NCBI GenBank assembly: GCA_963752595.1
Contig: CAVVYZ010000002.1
Coordinates: forward strand, 256,001 to 320,000
Source: an uncultured delta proteobacterium
GTDB lineage: Bacteria; Desulfobacterota; Desulfomonilia; UBA1062
DNA length: 64,000 nucleotides
Direction: 5' to 3'
Shown here: piece by piece, positions 39,861 through 49,041 of the stretch
Layout of the letters: each line of letters begins with the position of its first letter
How positions within the stretch are numbered: position 1 is the stretch's first letter
The notes under the pieces: model-generated
Databases searched by the model: none
Seen by the model: only the letters and a program-made list of their open reading frames with translations
What the model was told of the DNA's origin: nothing
Translations under genes and position numbers: made by a program

Positions 39861-40421
39861 TTTATTATCTCCTTTTTCCCAAGAAAACGATAGGCTCATA
39901 TACGTTGCTATTCCTGAACATGATGGATAGGCCAGGCAGTAGGCGAAGCGGATTGTTGAAAAAATACCACAGGGTTTTGCCGCCGGTGAGCAGCACCGTC
40001 GAGGCGGATCCTACGCCGGTGCACATTCAAAAACCTCCACGCCCATTCCATATGCCTTTCCATCAGTTATATTCAAAAACCGTGCTCAACCAGAATATAT
40101 TTCCGATAAACTATATAACTCTATGAATCAACATGTTATCTGAGCACCTGTCATGTATGGACTTTATCGGTTCCCGGCATAGAGTATGACCTATGTGTAA
40201 CCTTTTGTACTCATTTTGTCATCAGGCGAATTACCGGAATGCTGTACCCATCGCCGGATCTTCATTTCGTATGCCTTGCTGGCCAGTTCGTCCTCTTACG
40301 ACTTGCATTGCGGGTACCCAGGGGAGAGGATACAGGAGAGGGGATAACTACTCCCTTGAACGTATGATGCCGAATGAGCGGCAATATATCTGCCGGTCTG
40401 CCCCTTTCCCAAAGAGCCGGT

Positions 40422-42488
40422 CTATTTTTGCCGGGTGTATTCCACCATCCGGCTGAATGCATACATTGCACGCTCGGGGGTAGGGTATGTCGGCACGCCG
40501 AGCGGGAAGAAGCCCTCGTGAATATGCAGGATCTCCTTTTTCGTCCCGCCGTAATAGCTTGCAAATACCGGCTTGCCGGGATACTCCCGGACGATCTCGG
40601 CAAAGGCTTCTCCAATATCGAAGATCGTCTCGGGCATGAGGACGAAGATGATGAGGAGCGCATCGATGTCCTTCTGGGCGAGCATGCTTTTTGCGATATG
40701 GCTCATGGTTTTCTTCGAACCGTGCTGCTCCACAGCAGACCAGATATCCACCGGGTTTCGTACAGGTGCCCAGGCAGGCATCACCTCCCGGAGCTTTCTC
40801 AGTGTGCCGGACTTGAGTGCGGGGAGCTCTATACCGTACTCTTCTGCTGCATCGGTGGTTACCACGCATCCCATGCCCGTTATGGAGAACACGCCCATCC
40901 TGTTGCCGCGGGGCCGGGGAAGGGCTTCAAAGGCAGCAAGCGTATCAAAGAAGGCCTCGGAATCATGTACCCGCACCATGCCGGTTTTTCTGCAGACGGC
41001 ATCGAACACCGCATCCGAACCTGCCAGAGAGCCGGTATGAGAAGCTATGGCCGCTGCGCCTGCCTCGCTCCGACCGGATTTCACCACCACGACAGGCTTT
41101 TTCGAGCATGCTCGGGCAGCAGCCCGGACAAACCGTTCACCTTCCACTACTCCTTCCAGATACATGCCGATGGTCGTTGTCTGCTCGTCATCGGCAAGGT
41201 ATTCGAGAAGGTCGCTCTCGTTTACGTCGCCCTTGTTGCCGATGCAGGCTACTTTCGCGATGCCGAAAGGTTTGAAGTCGGCAATCCATCGCCCCCATCC
41301 CGAGGAAAATACTCCGGATTGACCGATGAGCGACACACCTCCGGATCGTATCTGTTCGAGCCCTACGATCGATGTGGCAAGACCGGCGCTTGGATTGATG
41401 GTGCCGATACTGTTGGGGCCCATGATCCTGATGCCTGCCTTGCGGGCCTGTGCAACGAGTTCTTTCTGTTCAGCGGCACCTGATTCTCCCATATCGGAGT
41501 AGCCGCCCGTGCTGAGGATGATATTATGGACACCCTTGGCTGCACAATCAGCAACTGCATCAAGCACGGCAGCCTTTGGGATCACGACCATGGCGAGGTC
41601 AACCGGTTCCGGCACGTCACTCACCCTGGGATACGCCTTCATGCCGAGGATTTCATGTGCCGTGGGATTGATGGGATAGATCCTGCCGTTAAAGCCTGCC
41701 TTCTGAAGATTGCGCAGGATGATATTGCCTCCCTTGCCCTGGCTCCTGGATGCACCGATGAGGGCAAAGGCACGCGGATTGAAGAAAGGATCCACCGTCT
41801 CCGGGGCGCAGGCCTTTGCTTTTGCAGCTCGCGGGCTGCCGGTATATCGTACGAGTGCATCGACCGCCGCTGCACCGTTTGGATGTGCGATGAGGGGGTT
41901 GATATCGATCTCGACAATGTCTCTGCGTTTTGAAATCAGCCGCGAGAGTGTGTGTAACGCCCTTGCGACAGTATCCAGGTCAACAGGCGCCATTGAGCGG
42001 TAACCACTCAGCATTGCAGAGCCCTTCATGCGCATCAGCATGGAGCGGGCGGATCCTACGCTCAGCGGCGCAAGCTCTATTACGGTATCGCGGAAGATCT
42101 CGGTAAAGATACCGCCGATGCCCACGAGAACCACCGGCCCGAAAATGGGGTCTCGTTTCGCACCCAGAATGAGCTCGATCCCCGGGCAGGCCATCTTCTG
42201 GACAAGGAGATCATGGGGAATATGTGCAAATGATGACCGGATGTCACGGCAGGCCTTCATGAAAACCTTCTCATCGGGGATATTCAGCACCACCCCGCCC
42301 TGGTCTGTCTTATGGAGTACGGCCTCGGAACAAACCTTGAGGGCAACGGGAAAGCCCAGTTTACCGGCAGCCGTTGCCGCCGCCCTTTCATCTCCGGCAA
42401 GGGCCTGCTCGACCACCGGAATGCCGCACTCCTTGAGCAGGAGCGCTCCCTCGTATTCGCTCATCGTGAGAATCTCGTGTCCTTTCAC
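40422..42488 (-). CDS. Acyl-CoA synthetase (ADP-forming) family, ATP-grasp fused N-terminally to the CoA-binding subunit
   Basis: GFPVALK..HKTDQGGV, RDPIFGPVV, IDINPL; then IGASR..KGG, MGPNSIG, GQSG, GNKGDV, ASHTGSLAG, NPVD. Confidence 0.9.
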   Translation of the reverse strand: MKGHEILTMSEYEGALLLKECGIPVVEQALAGDERAAATAAGKLGFPVALKVCSEAVLHKTDQGGVVLNIPDEKVFMKACRDIRSSFAHIPHDLLVQKMACPGIELILGAKRDPIFGPVVLVGIGGIFTEIFRDTVIELAPLSVGSARSMLMRMKGSAMLSGYRSMAPVDLDTVARALHTLSRLISKRRDIVEIDINPLIAHPNGAAAVDALVRYTGSPRAAKAKACAPETVDPFFNPRAFALIGASRSQGKGGNIILRNLQKAGFNGRIYPINPTAHEILGMKAYPRVSDVPEPVDLAMVVIPKAAVLDAVADCAAKGVHNIILSTGGYSDMGESGAAEQKELVAQARKAGIRIMGPNSIGTINPSAGLATSIVGLEQIRSGGVSLIGQSGVFSSGWGRWIADFKPFGIAKVACIGNKGDVNESDLLEYLADDEQTTTIGMYLEGVVEGERFVRAAARACSKKPVVVVKSGRSEAGAAAIASHTGSLAGSDAVFDAVCRKTGMVRVHDSEAFFDTLAAFEALPRPRGNRMGVFSITGMGCVVTTDAAEEYGIELPALKSGTLRKLREVMPAWAPVRNPVDIWSAVEQHGSKKTMSHIAKSMLAQKDIDALLIIFVLMPETIFDIGEAFAEIVREYPGKPVFASYYGGTKKEILHIHEGFFPLGVPTYPTPERAMYAFSRMVEYTRQK

Positions 42489-42794
42489 AGATGCCTCCCC
42501 TGTGATGTATTGATACGTGAATCAGTACATACCAGAAAGATTCCTATTGTGCAATGTCATGGACATTTAAAGAGTTAGCCAAATTACTCCATCTTTATTT
42601 GTTGTTTCTCGTGGGGATTGCCTCGCTGTTTTTCCATGAGATAAGAGGTGGATAATAAAACGGATGGCCAGGCTTTATTTACTGTTGAATCTTTTGTCAG
42701 GGTGAGTCACTCAGAACTTTTATTATTCAATCCTCCCCGTAAGGGCGGGATTATCCCTTAGACAAGGTAGCGCATTGTGTTATAAGGAGAAAAC

Positions 42795-43022
42795 ATGATC
42801 GAAAAGATACCGTTTTTACATAGGAAGCAGATGTACAACATCATCATCTGTGAAGACATCTCCTTCATGGCTCTGCACTGTATCCTGGATATTCTCATCG
42901 AGCAGGGTGTATTCGTCGGTGAAGATGAAACCGAAAACCCCGATCTGTATACCGTGGTTTACGAAGAAGTGAAGTACACCGTGGGTGTGGATGGGATCGA
43001 CGTCATGATCGCTTGTTCCTAA
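42795..43022 (+). CDS. Small acidic hypothetical protein (75 aa)
   Basis: AAGGAG RBS; first gene of the run leading into nadCAB. Confidence 0.7.
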   Translation: MIEKIPFLHRKQMYNIIICEDISFMALHCILDILIEQGVFVGEDETENPDLYTVVYEEVKYTVGVDGIDVMIACS

Positions 43023-43031
43023 CGGTGCGCC

Positions 43032-43853
43032 ATGACGGATATCCATCTCTGCCAGCCCGACTCCTGCAAATCCTGTGCTGCATGCTGCGGCATCTATAAT
43101 TATGTTGAGAATACCCGGCCCGAGCTCGCGAACAGGTTTGAGTACCGGGGGCTGCTCATGGCAAAGGTGCGGGGAGGCGGTCTGTCTCTTGATAAGTACC
43201 GGGAAATCATCAGGCACCGGGAGGACGGGAGAAGGATTTACAAGACCATCTATGCCTGCGAATTCGCAGGATTTCTCGATGAAGGGAAGAAGAGGGTAGG
43301 GTGCATGCTCCATCCCATGGTCACCGGAGGCTGCGACCTGAGGGTGCACAGCTTCTACGGCCGGGAGATCTGTGACGGCCATTTCTGCCCCAGCTACCAG
43401 AAACTGACGGACAACGAGGTGACGGCCGTCCTGGCTGTCGTGGACGACTGGTATCTCTACGGCAGCGTCATCACGGATATCGACTTCGTCAAAACCTTTT
43501 TCACCATTGTCCAGAACATCCTGGGCGAAGAGATCGCTCCGGAAGCGGTCAAGGCAAGCCCGATTCTCAGAGAGATCCTCCACAGGTATTTTTCCCTGAA
43601 GATCACCTGGCCCTTCCGCGATGTCTCCAGACCCAGATTCGGGAAATATTATTTTTTAGGCGAAGAGTATGATATAGACCGGATCGATTACGAGAGGCTC
43701 GGAGCCTCCGTTCCACCATATGATCCCATATTTTTAAGCCTTTCATCATCGTTTGGGACAAAAGATGAACTTGACCGGGCGGACACAACAATAGATAACC
43801 TTATCAAAGGTTTCTGTGATGAATACGGAAGAGCTCATAACGCGCATCGTTGA
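43032..43853 (+). CDS. Cys-rich hypothetical protein (CxxCxxCC cluster, YkgJ-like metal/Fe-S binding)
   Basis: CKSCAACCG, YACEF, VGCMLHP, ICDGHFCP. Confidence 0.75.
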   Translation: MTDIHLCQPDSCKSCAACCGIYNYVENTRPELANRFEYRGLLMAKVRGGGLSLDKYREIIRHREDGRRIYKTIYACEFAGFLDEGKKRVGCMLHPMVTGGCDLRVHSFYGREICDGHFCPSYQKLTDNEVTAVLAVVDDWYLYGSVITDIDFVKTFFTIVQNILGEEIAPEAVKASPILREILHRYFSLKITWPFRDVSRPRFGKYYFLGEEYDIDRIDYERLGASVPPYDPIFLSLSSSFGTKDELDRADTTIDNLIKGFCDEYGRAHNAHR

Positions 43854-44652
43854 CCTTGCCCTTGCCGAAGACGGGGAAGATATTACCTCCACGGCCATCT
43901 TTCCTCCCGGCGAGCAGATGAGGGCTGTACTGAAGGCAAAGGCGGAAGGGGTGCTGGCAGGTATTGAGGTCGTGCACACGGTTTTTCAGCGGGTAGACCC
44001 TTTGATCAGGTGCGATTTTCTCAAGCAAGACGGTGATGAGCTGGAGCCGGGAGACACCATAGGAACGGTCCTCGGACCTGCAGTGGGGGTCCTCAGGGGA
44101 GAGCGCACAGCGCTCAACTTCCTGCAGCGCATGTCCGGCATTGCCACGAGGACAGCCCAATACGTGCGCCTAACCGAAGGGACAAAGGCGAAGATCCTCG
44201 ATACCAGAAAAACCGCACCGGGGCAGAGGATTCTGGATAAATATGCCGTGAAGACGGGCGGCGGCATGAACCACCGGATGGGCCTCTGGGATATGGCGCT
44301 CATCAAGGATAACCACATCGACCGGGAAGGTTCCGTGGAAGGCGCAGTGAGAAAGGTCAAAGAGTCCTGCCCGGGTATACCTGTAGAGGTGGAAGCACGG
44401 ACCCTGTCCGACGTGGAAAAGCTCCTCGGAATCGGTGTGGACAGGATCATGCTCGATAACTTCTCCGTCGAGAGTATGAAAAAGGCGGTAGATCTGGTGA
44501 GCGGGCGCATACCGCTGGAAGCCTCGGGAGGCATAACTCTGGAAACGGTCAGGGCTGTGGCTCTGACCGGAGTGGATTATATCTCTGTCGGAGACATCAC
44601 GCATTCGATCCGGGCACTCGACATTTCCCTGATTATCGAAGGGACACCATGA
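43819..44652 (+). CDS. nadC: Quinolinate phosphoribosyltransferase
   Basis: ERTALNFLQRMSGIAT, DTRKTAPG, NHRMGL, IKDNHI, EVEA, IMLDN, EASGGI. Confidence 0.96.
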   Translation: MNTEELITRIVDLALAEDGEDITSTAIFPPGEQMRAVLKAKAEGVLAGIEVVHTVFQRVDPLIRCDFLKQDGDELEPGDTIGTVLGPAVGVLRGERTALNFLQRMSGIATRTAQYVRLTEGTKAKILDTRKTAPGQRILDKYAVKTGGGMNHRMGLWDMALIKDNHIDREGSVEGAVRKVKESCPGIPVEVEARTLSDVEKLLGIGVDRIMLDNFSVESMKKAVDLVSGRIPLEASGGITLETVRAVALTGVDYISVGDITHSIRALDISLIIEGTP

Positions 44653-45680
44653 CAGACAGCGAAGCCAGAGACATCATCATTGCAAAGAAGAAAGAGCTGG
44701 GCGAGAACCTCATTATCCTGGGGCACCACTACCAGAGCGATGAAGTGGCAGCATGTGCGGACTTCGTGGGAGATTCCCTGGAACTCGCACGGAAAGCCTC
44801 CCAGATCGATAAAGCCAGGTTCGTCGTGTTCTGCGGGGTCTACTTCATGGCCGAGAGCGCGGCCGTCCTCGCTCCTGATAAATCCGTATACATCCCTGAC
44901 CTTAAGGCCGGATGTCCCCTTGCCGATATGGCGGGCTACGACGATGTCGTGAAGGCATGGGATCGTATCACCCGTGCATCGGGTTTTGTAATCCCGGTTT
45001 CCTATGTCAACTCGTCGGCTTTGATAAAGGCCTTCTGCGGTAAGCACGGCGGGGTTATCTGTACGTCGGGGAACTCATTGAAGATCCTTCAATGGGCATT
45101 TGAAAGGGCGGAAAAGGTGTTTTTCCTGCCGGATATGAACCTCGGGCACAACACTGCTCGGAAGATGGGGATACCGGACGGTCGGATCGTCCTGTGGGAT
45201 CCTGAGAAGACGGACGGCGGTCTCGATGAGGCGGACATGGAGAGGGCGAAGATCATCCTGTGGAAAGGGTGGTGCCCGGTACACTGGCCGCAGTTTAAGC
45301 CTGATGATGTGGACGCGGTGAAGGCGAGGTATCCGGGCATCAAGGTCATCGTCCATCCGGAATCGGACCCGCAAACGGTGGCTGCATCGGATGCATCCGG
45401 TTCAACCGCCGCCATCCTTGAATATATCCGGGATATGTCTCCCGGTGAAAGCCTCGCGATCGGTACGGAGGCCAATATGGTAAAACGGGCTGCTCACCAG
45501 AACCGGTCCGTTCGGATCGTTCCCTTAAGGGAAGTATACTGCGACGACATGGCCGGAATAACCTTGCCGAAACTGGCCGACACCCTGCTGCACTTAGGCG
45601 ACGAAACCTACCGGGTCACGGTGCCCGAGGATGTCGCCGGTGATGCTCGCGTCTCCCTTACGAACATGTTGAGGATATAA
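44649..45680 (+). CDS. nadA: Quinolinate synthase
   Basis: ILGHHYQ, GDSLEL, FCGVYFMAE, AGCPLAD, YVNSSA, PDMNLG, WKGWCPVH, VHPE. Confidence 0.95.
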   Translation: MTDSEARDIIIAKKKELGENLIILGHHYQSDEVAACADFVGDSLELARKASQIDKARFVVFCGVYFMAESAAVLAPDKSVYIPDLKAGCPLADMAGYDDVVKAWDRITRASGFVIPVSYVNSSALIKAFCGKHGGVICTSGNSLKILQWAFERAEKVFFLPDMNLGHNTARKMGIPDGRIVLWDPEKTDGGLDEADMERAKIILWKGWCPVHWPQFKPDDVDAVKARYPGIKVIVHPESDPQTVAASDASGSTAAILEYIRDMSPGESLAIGTEANMVKRAAHQNRSVRIVPLREVYCDDMAGITLPKLADTLLHLGDETYRVTVPEDVAGDARVSLTNMLRI

Positions 45681-45682
45681 AG

Positions 45683-47329
45683 ATGGCGGATGTGGTAAAG
45701 GAAACAGAGTGTCTTATCATCGGGACCGGTATCGCAGGGGCTACGTGCGCATACATTGCAGCTCAATCAGGTTTAAAGGTCTGCCTCCTCACCAAGCGGT
45801 CGGACCCGACGGCAACGAACACGAACCGTGCCCAGGGGGGCATTGTGTATGCCGGCAATGGAGACAGCCCTGAACTCCTCAAGCACGACATCATGGAAGC
45901 AGGAAGGTATCTCAACAGCATCGAGGCTGTCGAGTACCTGTCCCAGAACGGCCCCAGAGTGGTCAAGAAAATCCTCATCGATGAGTTGAAGGTTAATTTT
46001 ACGCATCTCAAGGGTCCCGAGGACGAGAATTACGACCTCACCCGTGAGGGGGCGCACTCCATAAACCGCATCCTGTATTCTGCCGATCATACGGGACGGG
46101 AAATCGAAGAGGCTCTTATCGATGCACTGAAAAAACAGAGCAATGTAGAAATCATCACAAACGCCACGGTCATAGACCTCATCACCCTCCATCACCATTC
46201 AACGGATATCCAGTCCCGGTATATTCTGGAAGACAGGTGTGCGGGCGCATATGTATACATGGAGCACGCCAAGGAGGTGCTCACCGTACTGGCCCAGTAT
46301 ACGGTGCTGGCCACAGGAGGGGTCGGAGACATTTATCTCCACTCCACGAGCGAGAAGGGTACGGTGGGAGACGGCATCGTCATGGCAGAGAGAGCCGGGG
46401 CCAACGTCATCAACATGGAGTTCGTACAGTTCCACCCTACCACCCTCTACATACCGGGGGCGAGGAGATTCCTCATGTCCGAGGCTCTCAGGGGCGAAGG
46501 TGCGAGGCTGCTGAACCTGCGGGGCGAGTATTTCATGGACAAGTACAATCCCGGGCTCAAGGACCTTGCGCCGAGAGACGAAGTGACAATCGCCATCTGG
46601 GACGAAATGCTGGAAAACTCCGAGGAGCATGTCTTGCTCGATATAGCGAACTATGTGGATGAGGATATACCGGTGAGGTTTCCGAGCATTTATGCTACGT
46701 GCAAGGAGGCCGGAATCGATATCACGAAGGAACCTGTGCCCGTGGTCCCTGCTGCACACTACCTGTGCGGAGGTGTTCAGGTGAACACCCTCGGAAGGAC
46801 TACCCTGAAAGGTCTCTATGCAGTGGGAGAGGTTTCTTGTACCGGCCTCCACGGGGCGAACAGGCTTGCATCAACCTCGCTTCTCGAAGGGCTCGTCTGG
46901 GGCTGTTATGCAGCCAAGGATATCGCGGTAAAGATCAATGCCGGAGAGACCATCGGGTTTAAGATGCTCAAGTCCGTACGGGACTGGATCCCCACCGGGA
47001 ATGTGGAAAATGAGGACCCGGCCCTCATCGCCCAGGACTGGGTTTCCATCAAGAGCACTATGTGGAATTACGTGGGCATTGTCAGGACAAGACAGAGGCT
47101 CAAGATAGCTATCGAAGACTTAAGGCATATGTATCTGCGCATCGAGGATTTCTACCGGGAAACGCCGGTATCGAAGGATATCATCAGCCTTTTCCACGGG
47201 ACGCAGTCCGCGATCCTGGTGGCGGATGCAGCGCTCAGGAACCAGAATTCCATCGGGTGCCACTTCCTCCGCGACTATAAAGGCTCGCCCCGGTCATATC
47301 CCGCGTTGCGGCGTGACGATAACCGCTGA
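45683..47329 (+). CDS. nadB: L-aspartate oxidase
   Basis: IIGTGIAG, AQGGI, REGAHS, EFVQFHPT, SEALRGEG, LAPRD, AHYLCGG, GLHGANRLASTSLLEG; adjacent to nadA. Confidence 0.95.
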   Translation: MADVVKETECLIIGTGIAGATCAYIAAQSGLKVCLLTKRSDPTATNTNRAQGGIVYAGNGDSPELLKHDIMEAGRYLNSIEAVEYLSQNGPRVVKKILIDELKVNFTHLKGPEDENYDLTREGAHSINRILYSADHTGREIEEALIDALKKQSNVEIITNATVIDLITLHHHSTDIQSRYILEDRCAGAYVYMEHAKEVLTVLAQYTVLATGGVGDIYLHSTSEKGTVGDGIVMAERAGANVINMEFVQFHPTTLYIPGARRFLMSEALRGEGARLLNLRGEYFMDKYNPGLKDLAPRDEVTIAIWDEMLENSEEHVLLDIANYVDEDIPVRFPSIYATCKEAGIDITKEPVPVVPAAHYLCGGVQVNTLGRTTLKGLYAVGEVSCTGLHGANRLASTSLLEGLVWGCYAAKDIAVKINAGETIGFKMLKSVRDWIPTGNVENEDPALIAQDWVSIKSTMWNYVGIVRTRQRLKIAIEDLRHMYLRIEDFYRETPVSKDIISLFHGTQSAILVADAALRNQNSIGCHFLRDYKGSPRSYPALRRDDNR

Positions 47330-47339
47330 TAAGTTTCTT

Positions 47340-47376
47340 TATGGTCATATTGCCATACTATGGCGCGATAACCCTT
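47340..47376. promoter_or_regulatory. Putative enhancer (UAS) palindromes for sigma-54 promoter 1
   Basis: TATGG-N8-CCATA (47340-47357) and weaker TATGG-N8-CCCTT (47359-47376). Confidence 0.45.
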
Positions 47377-47462
47377 TCTTTTGCAGTGGTATTGTTCCCT
47401 TACCCTGGATCTTAGGTGAATTAATTACTTAAATATCAAATAGATATACGATACATTCTCTG

Positions 47463-47478
47463 TGGCACGCCATTCGCA
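47463..47478 (+). promoter_or_regulatory. Sigma-54 (-24/-12) promoter of the zinc-finger ORF
   Basis: TGGCACG-CCAT-TCGCA, exact GG-N10-GC spacing. Confidence 0.7.
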
Positions 47479-47518
47479 TTTACCCTGGCCAGCAAATAGA
47501 AGGTAATCGGAGAAAAGA

Positions 47519-47815
47519 ATGAGTTCTCAGGAAAAGTCAGAGAGACTCTGTGATATATGCTCGTCCATAGATGTTGCGTCGACGTGCGAAGGCTGCGGAA
47601 AGTCATTGTGCAAAAGATGCCGGAGCATGGAAATATACGGCTCAAAGAATCTGGAAGTCACGGTTAAGTACTTCTGCCCGTCCTGCAGCAAGAACCCGAA
47701 GATCAATCCATCCTTGGGTTGTAAAAAGATATTCGGGCTCGAACACGTCACCGATATGGTCAATCAGGACCAGTCCAAAGGCAGCCGGTTCAAGATCAAA
47801 CTCAAGATGCCTTGA
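47519..47815 (+). CDS. Small zinc-finger-like protein with four CxxC pairs
   Basis: CDIC-x8-CEGC-x4-CKRC-x18-CPSC; GGAG RBS; sigma-54 promoter upstream. Confidence 0.8.
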   Translation: MSSQEKSERLCDICSSIDVASTCEGCGKSLCKRCRSMEIYGSKNLEVTVKYFCPSCSKNPKINPSLGCKKIFGLEHVTDMVNQDQSKGSRFKIKLKMP

Positions 47816-47836
47816 TGCCGGAATAATAACAAAGGT

Positions 47837-47909
47837 TATGGCAGATACACCAGAGTATCTATGGTGCCGGGACCAAATCCCCCAAACCGTGTAGGGCCAA
47901 TAAGCCATA
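47837..47909. promoter_or_regulatory. Three putative enhancer (UAS) palindromes for sigma-54 promoter 2
   Basis: TATGG-N8-CCAGA (47837), TATGG-N8-CCAAA (47860), TAGGG-N8-CCATA (47892). Confidence 0.5.
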
Positions 47910-47968
47910 AGCCATGCATGGACTATAAATAAAAGACATAATAACAATGACATATAAATTATCAAGAG

Positions 47969-47985
47969 CTGGCATGCATTTCGCT
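47969..47985 (+). promoter_or_regulatory. Sigma-54 (-24/-12) promoter with no convincing downstream CDS
   Basis: CTGGCATG-CATT-TCGCT, exact GG-N10-GC spacing; AT-rich tract upstream. Confidence 0.65.
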
Positions 47986-47995
47986 ATTTCATAGA

Positions 47996-48331
47996 GATAG
48001 CAGGGGCTTTTTAGTTCTTTGATAAAGAATGAAAAACATAGGAAAGATCGTAACACAGAGTGCAGAAGATTTACTAAAGGCATGCGCATCGGCTCGATGA
48101 CTGCATATAAGGAAAACAGGCAGTGCGGATATTCTAAGTATGGAATATCTACTGGGGTGATGTCGTTCCCCTTTTATGCCGTGAGGCAGTGGCAAGCCCT
48201 GTAAGCCGCATGCCTAAGATCCATCAGTACTCTTTACAAAGCTTAACTGAAACCTCCTTTTTGATGCCAGAAGAAGGGACAGATTGATACTCCGCTACTG
48301 TCCCCCACACCTTATCTTCTGGCTTTTTTTT
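47996..48331 (+). ncRNA. Candidate sigma-54-dependent structured small RNA (about 335 nt), family not recognised
   Basis: Promoter upstream, nested multi-stem domain 48078-48215, ACCTCCTT tract, terminator at 48266-48331, no good ORF. Confidence 0.5.
48266..48331 (+). terminator. Intrinsic terminator with internal stem
   Basis: GCCAGAAGA / TCTTCTGGC stem enclosing GGGACAG / CTGTCCC, followed by T8. Confidence 0.75.
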
Positions 48332-48453
48332 GTCCTCATGGTCCCATTCTCCAAATACCGTGATGGATTGGGGAAAATACCTTGACAATAGGCTTAAGTT
48401 TCATTAATAGCTCTTCATCTTTCTCTTAAGAAGAGAAACTCAGGAGTACAACT

Positions 48454-48774
48454 ATGTATGCAGTGATAAAGACTGGCGGGAAACAGTATAAGGTCGAAGA
48501 AGGCGACAGAATCCAGATCGAGAAGCTCGAAGCTGCGAGCGGCGATACGGTGACTTTCGAAGAAGTCCTCTTCGTCGGAGGAGACGAATATAAACTCGGC
48601 GCACCAAAGCTCCGGGGCGCTACGGTCAGCGGCACGATCGTACGGCAGATGCGGGCAAAGAAGATCATCGTTTTCAAGATGAAGAGAAGGAAAGGGTACC
48701 ATAAGAAAAAGGGCCACCGGCAGTACCTTACCGAGATCTTTATCACGAAGATCGATGCAGGCAAGGAGGCGTAA
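48454..48774 (+). CDS. rplU: 50S ribosomal protein L21
   Basis: [14 protein letters not shown]...KKGHRQ. Confidence 0.98.
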   Translation: MYAVIKTGGKQYKVEEGDRIQIEKLEAASGDTVTFEEVLFVGGDEYKLGAPKLRGATVSGTIVRQMRAKKIIVFKMKRRKGYHKKKGHRQYLTEIFITKIDAGKEA

Positions 48775-48777
48775 TCC

Positions 48778-49038
48778 ATGGCTCACAAGAAATCAGGCGG
48801 AACTTCCCGCAACGGACGCGACACAGCAGGGAAACGGCTTGGAGTAAAACGCTTCGACGGCCAGCAGGTGAAGGCAGGCAGCATTATCGTGCGCCAGAGG
48901 GGGACTAAGGTCCATCCTGGTCAGAACGTCGGCTGCGGCAGGGATTATACCCTGTTTGCCCTGACTGACGGTGTCGTGAAGTTTGAAACACTCTTCAACA
49001 AGAAAAAGAGGGTGAGCATCGTCGAAACCGCTGTATAA
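48778..49038 (+). CDS. rpmA: 50S ribosomal protein L27
   Basis: [29 protein letters not shown]. Confidence 0.98.
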   Translation: MAHKKSGGTSRNGRDTAGKRLGVKRFDGQQVKAGSIIVRQRGTKVHPGQNVGCGRDYTLFALTDGVVKFETLFNKKKRVSIVETAV

Positions 49039-49041
49039 AAC

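Noticed and set aside
40200-40360. Minus-strand AAGGGAGTAG resembling a yybP-ykoY riboswitch, and a protein-like fragment EDELASKAYEMKIRRW
   Set aside because: The 3' GAGACC/AAGACC half is missing; the fragment has no start, RBS or recognisable domain
47959-48025. TTATCAAGAG...GATAA resembling the SAM-I riboswitch P1
   Set aside because: Lacks the kink-turn/pseudoknot and GCAACC core; overlaps the sigma-54 promoter; no methionine gene downstream
48078-48215. Possible c-di-AMP (ydaO) or cobalamin riboswitch
   Set aside because: Only isolated words match (GGGGTGA, GTAAGC, GCCACTG on the reverse strand); conserved cores are absent
48029-48217. Frame MKNIGKIVTQSAEDLLKACASAR with three in-frame TGA codons before a TAA, as a possible multi-selenocysteine peptide
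   Set aside because: Three stops in about 62 codons is what chance gives; no RBS and no Sec-type redox motif. RNA structure explains the region better, though a 23-aa leader peptide cannot be excluded.
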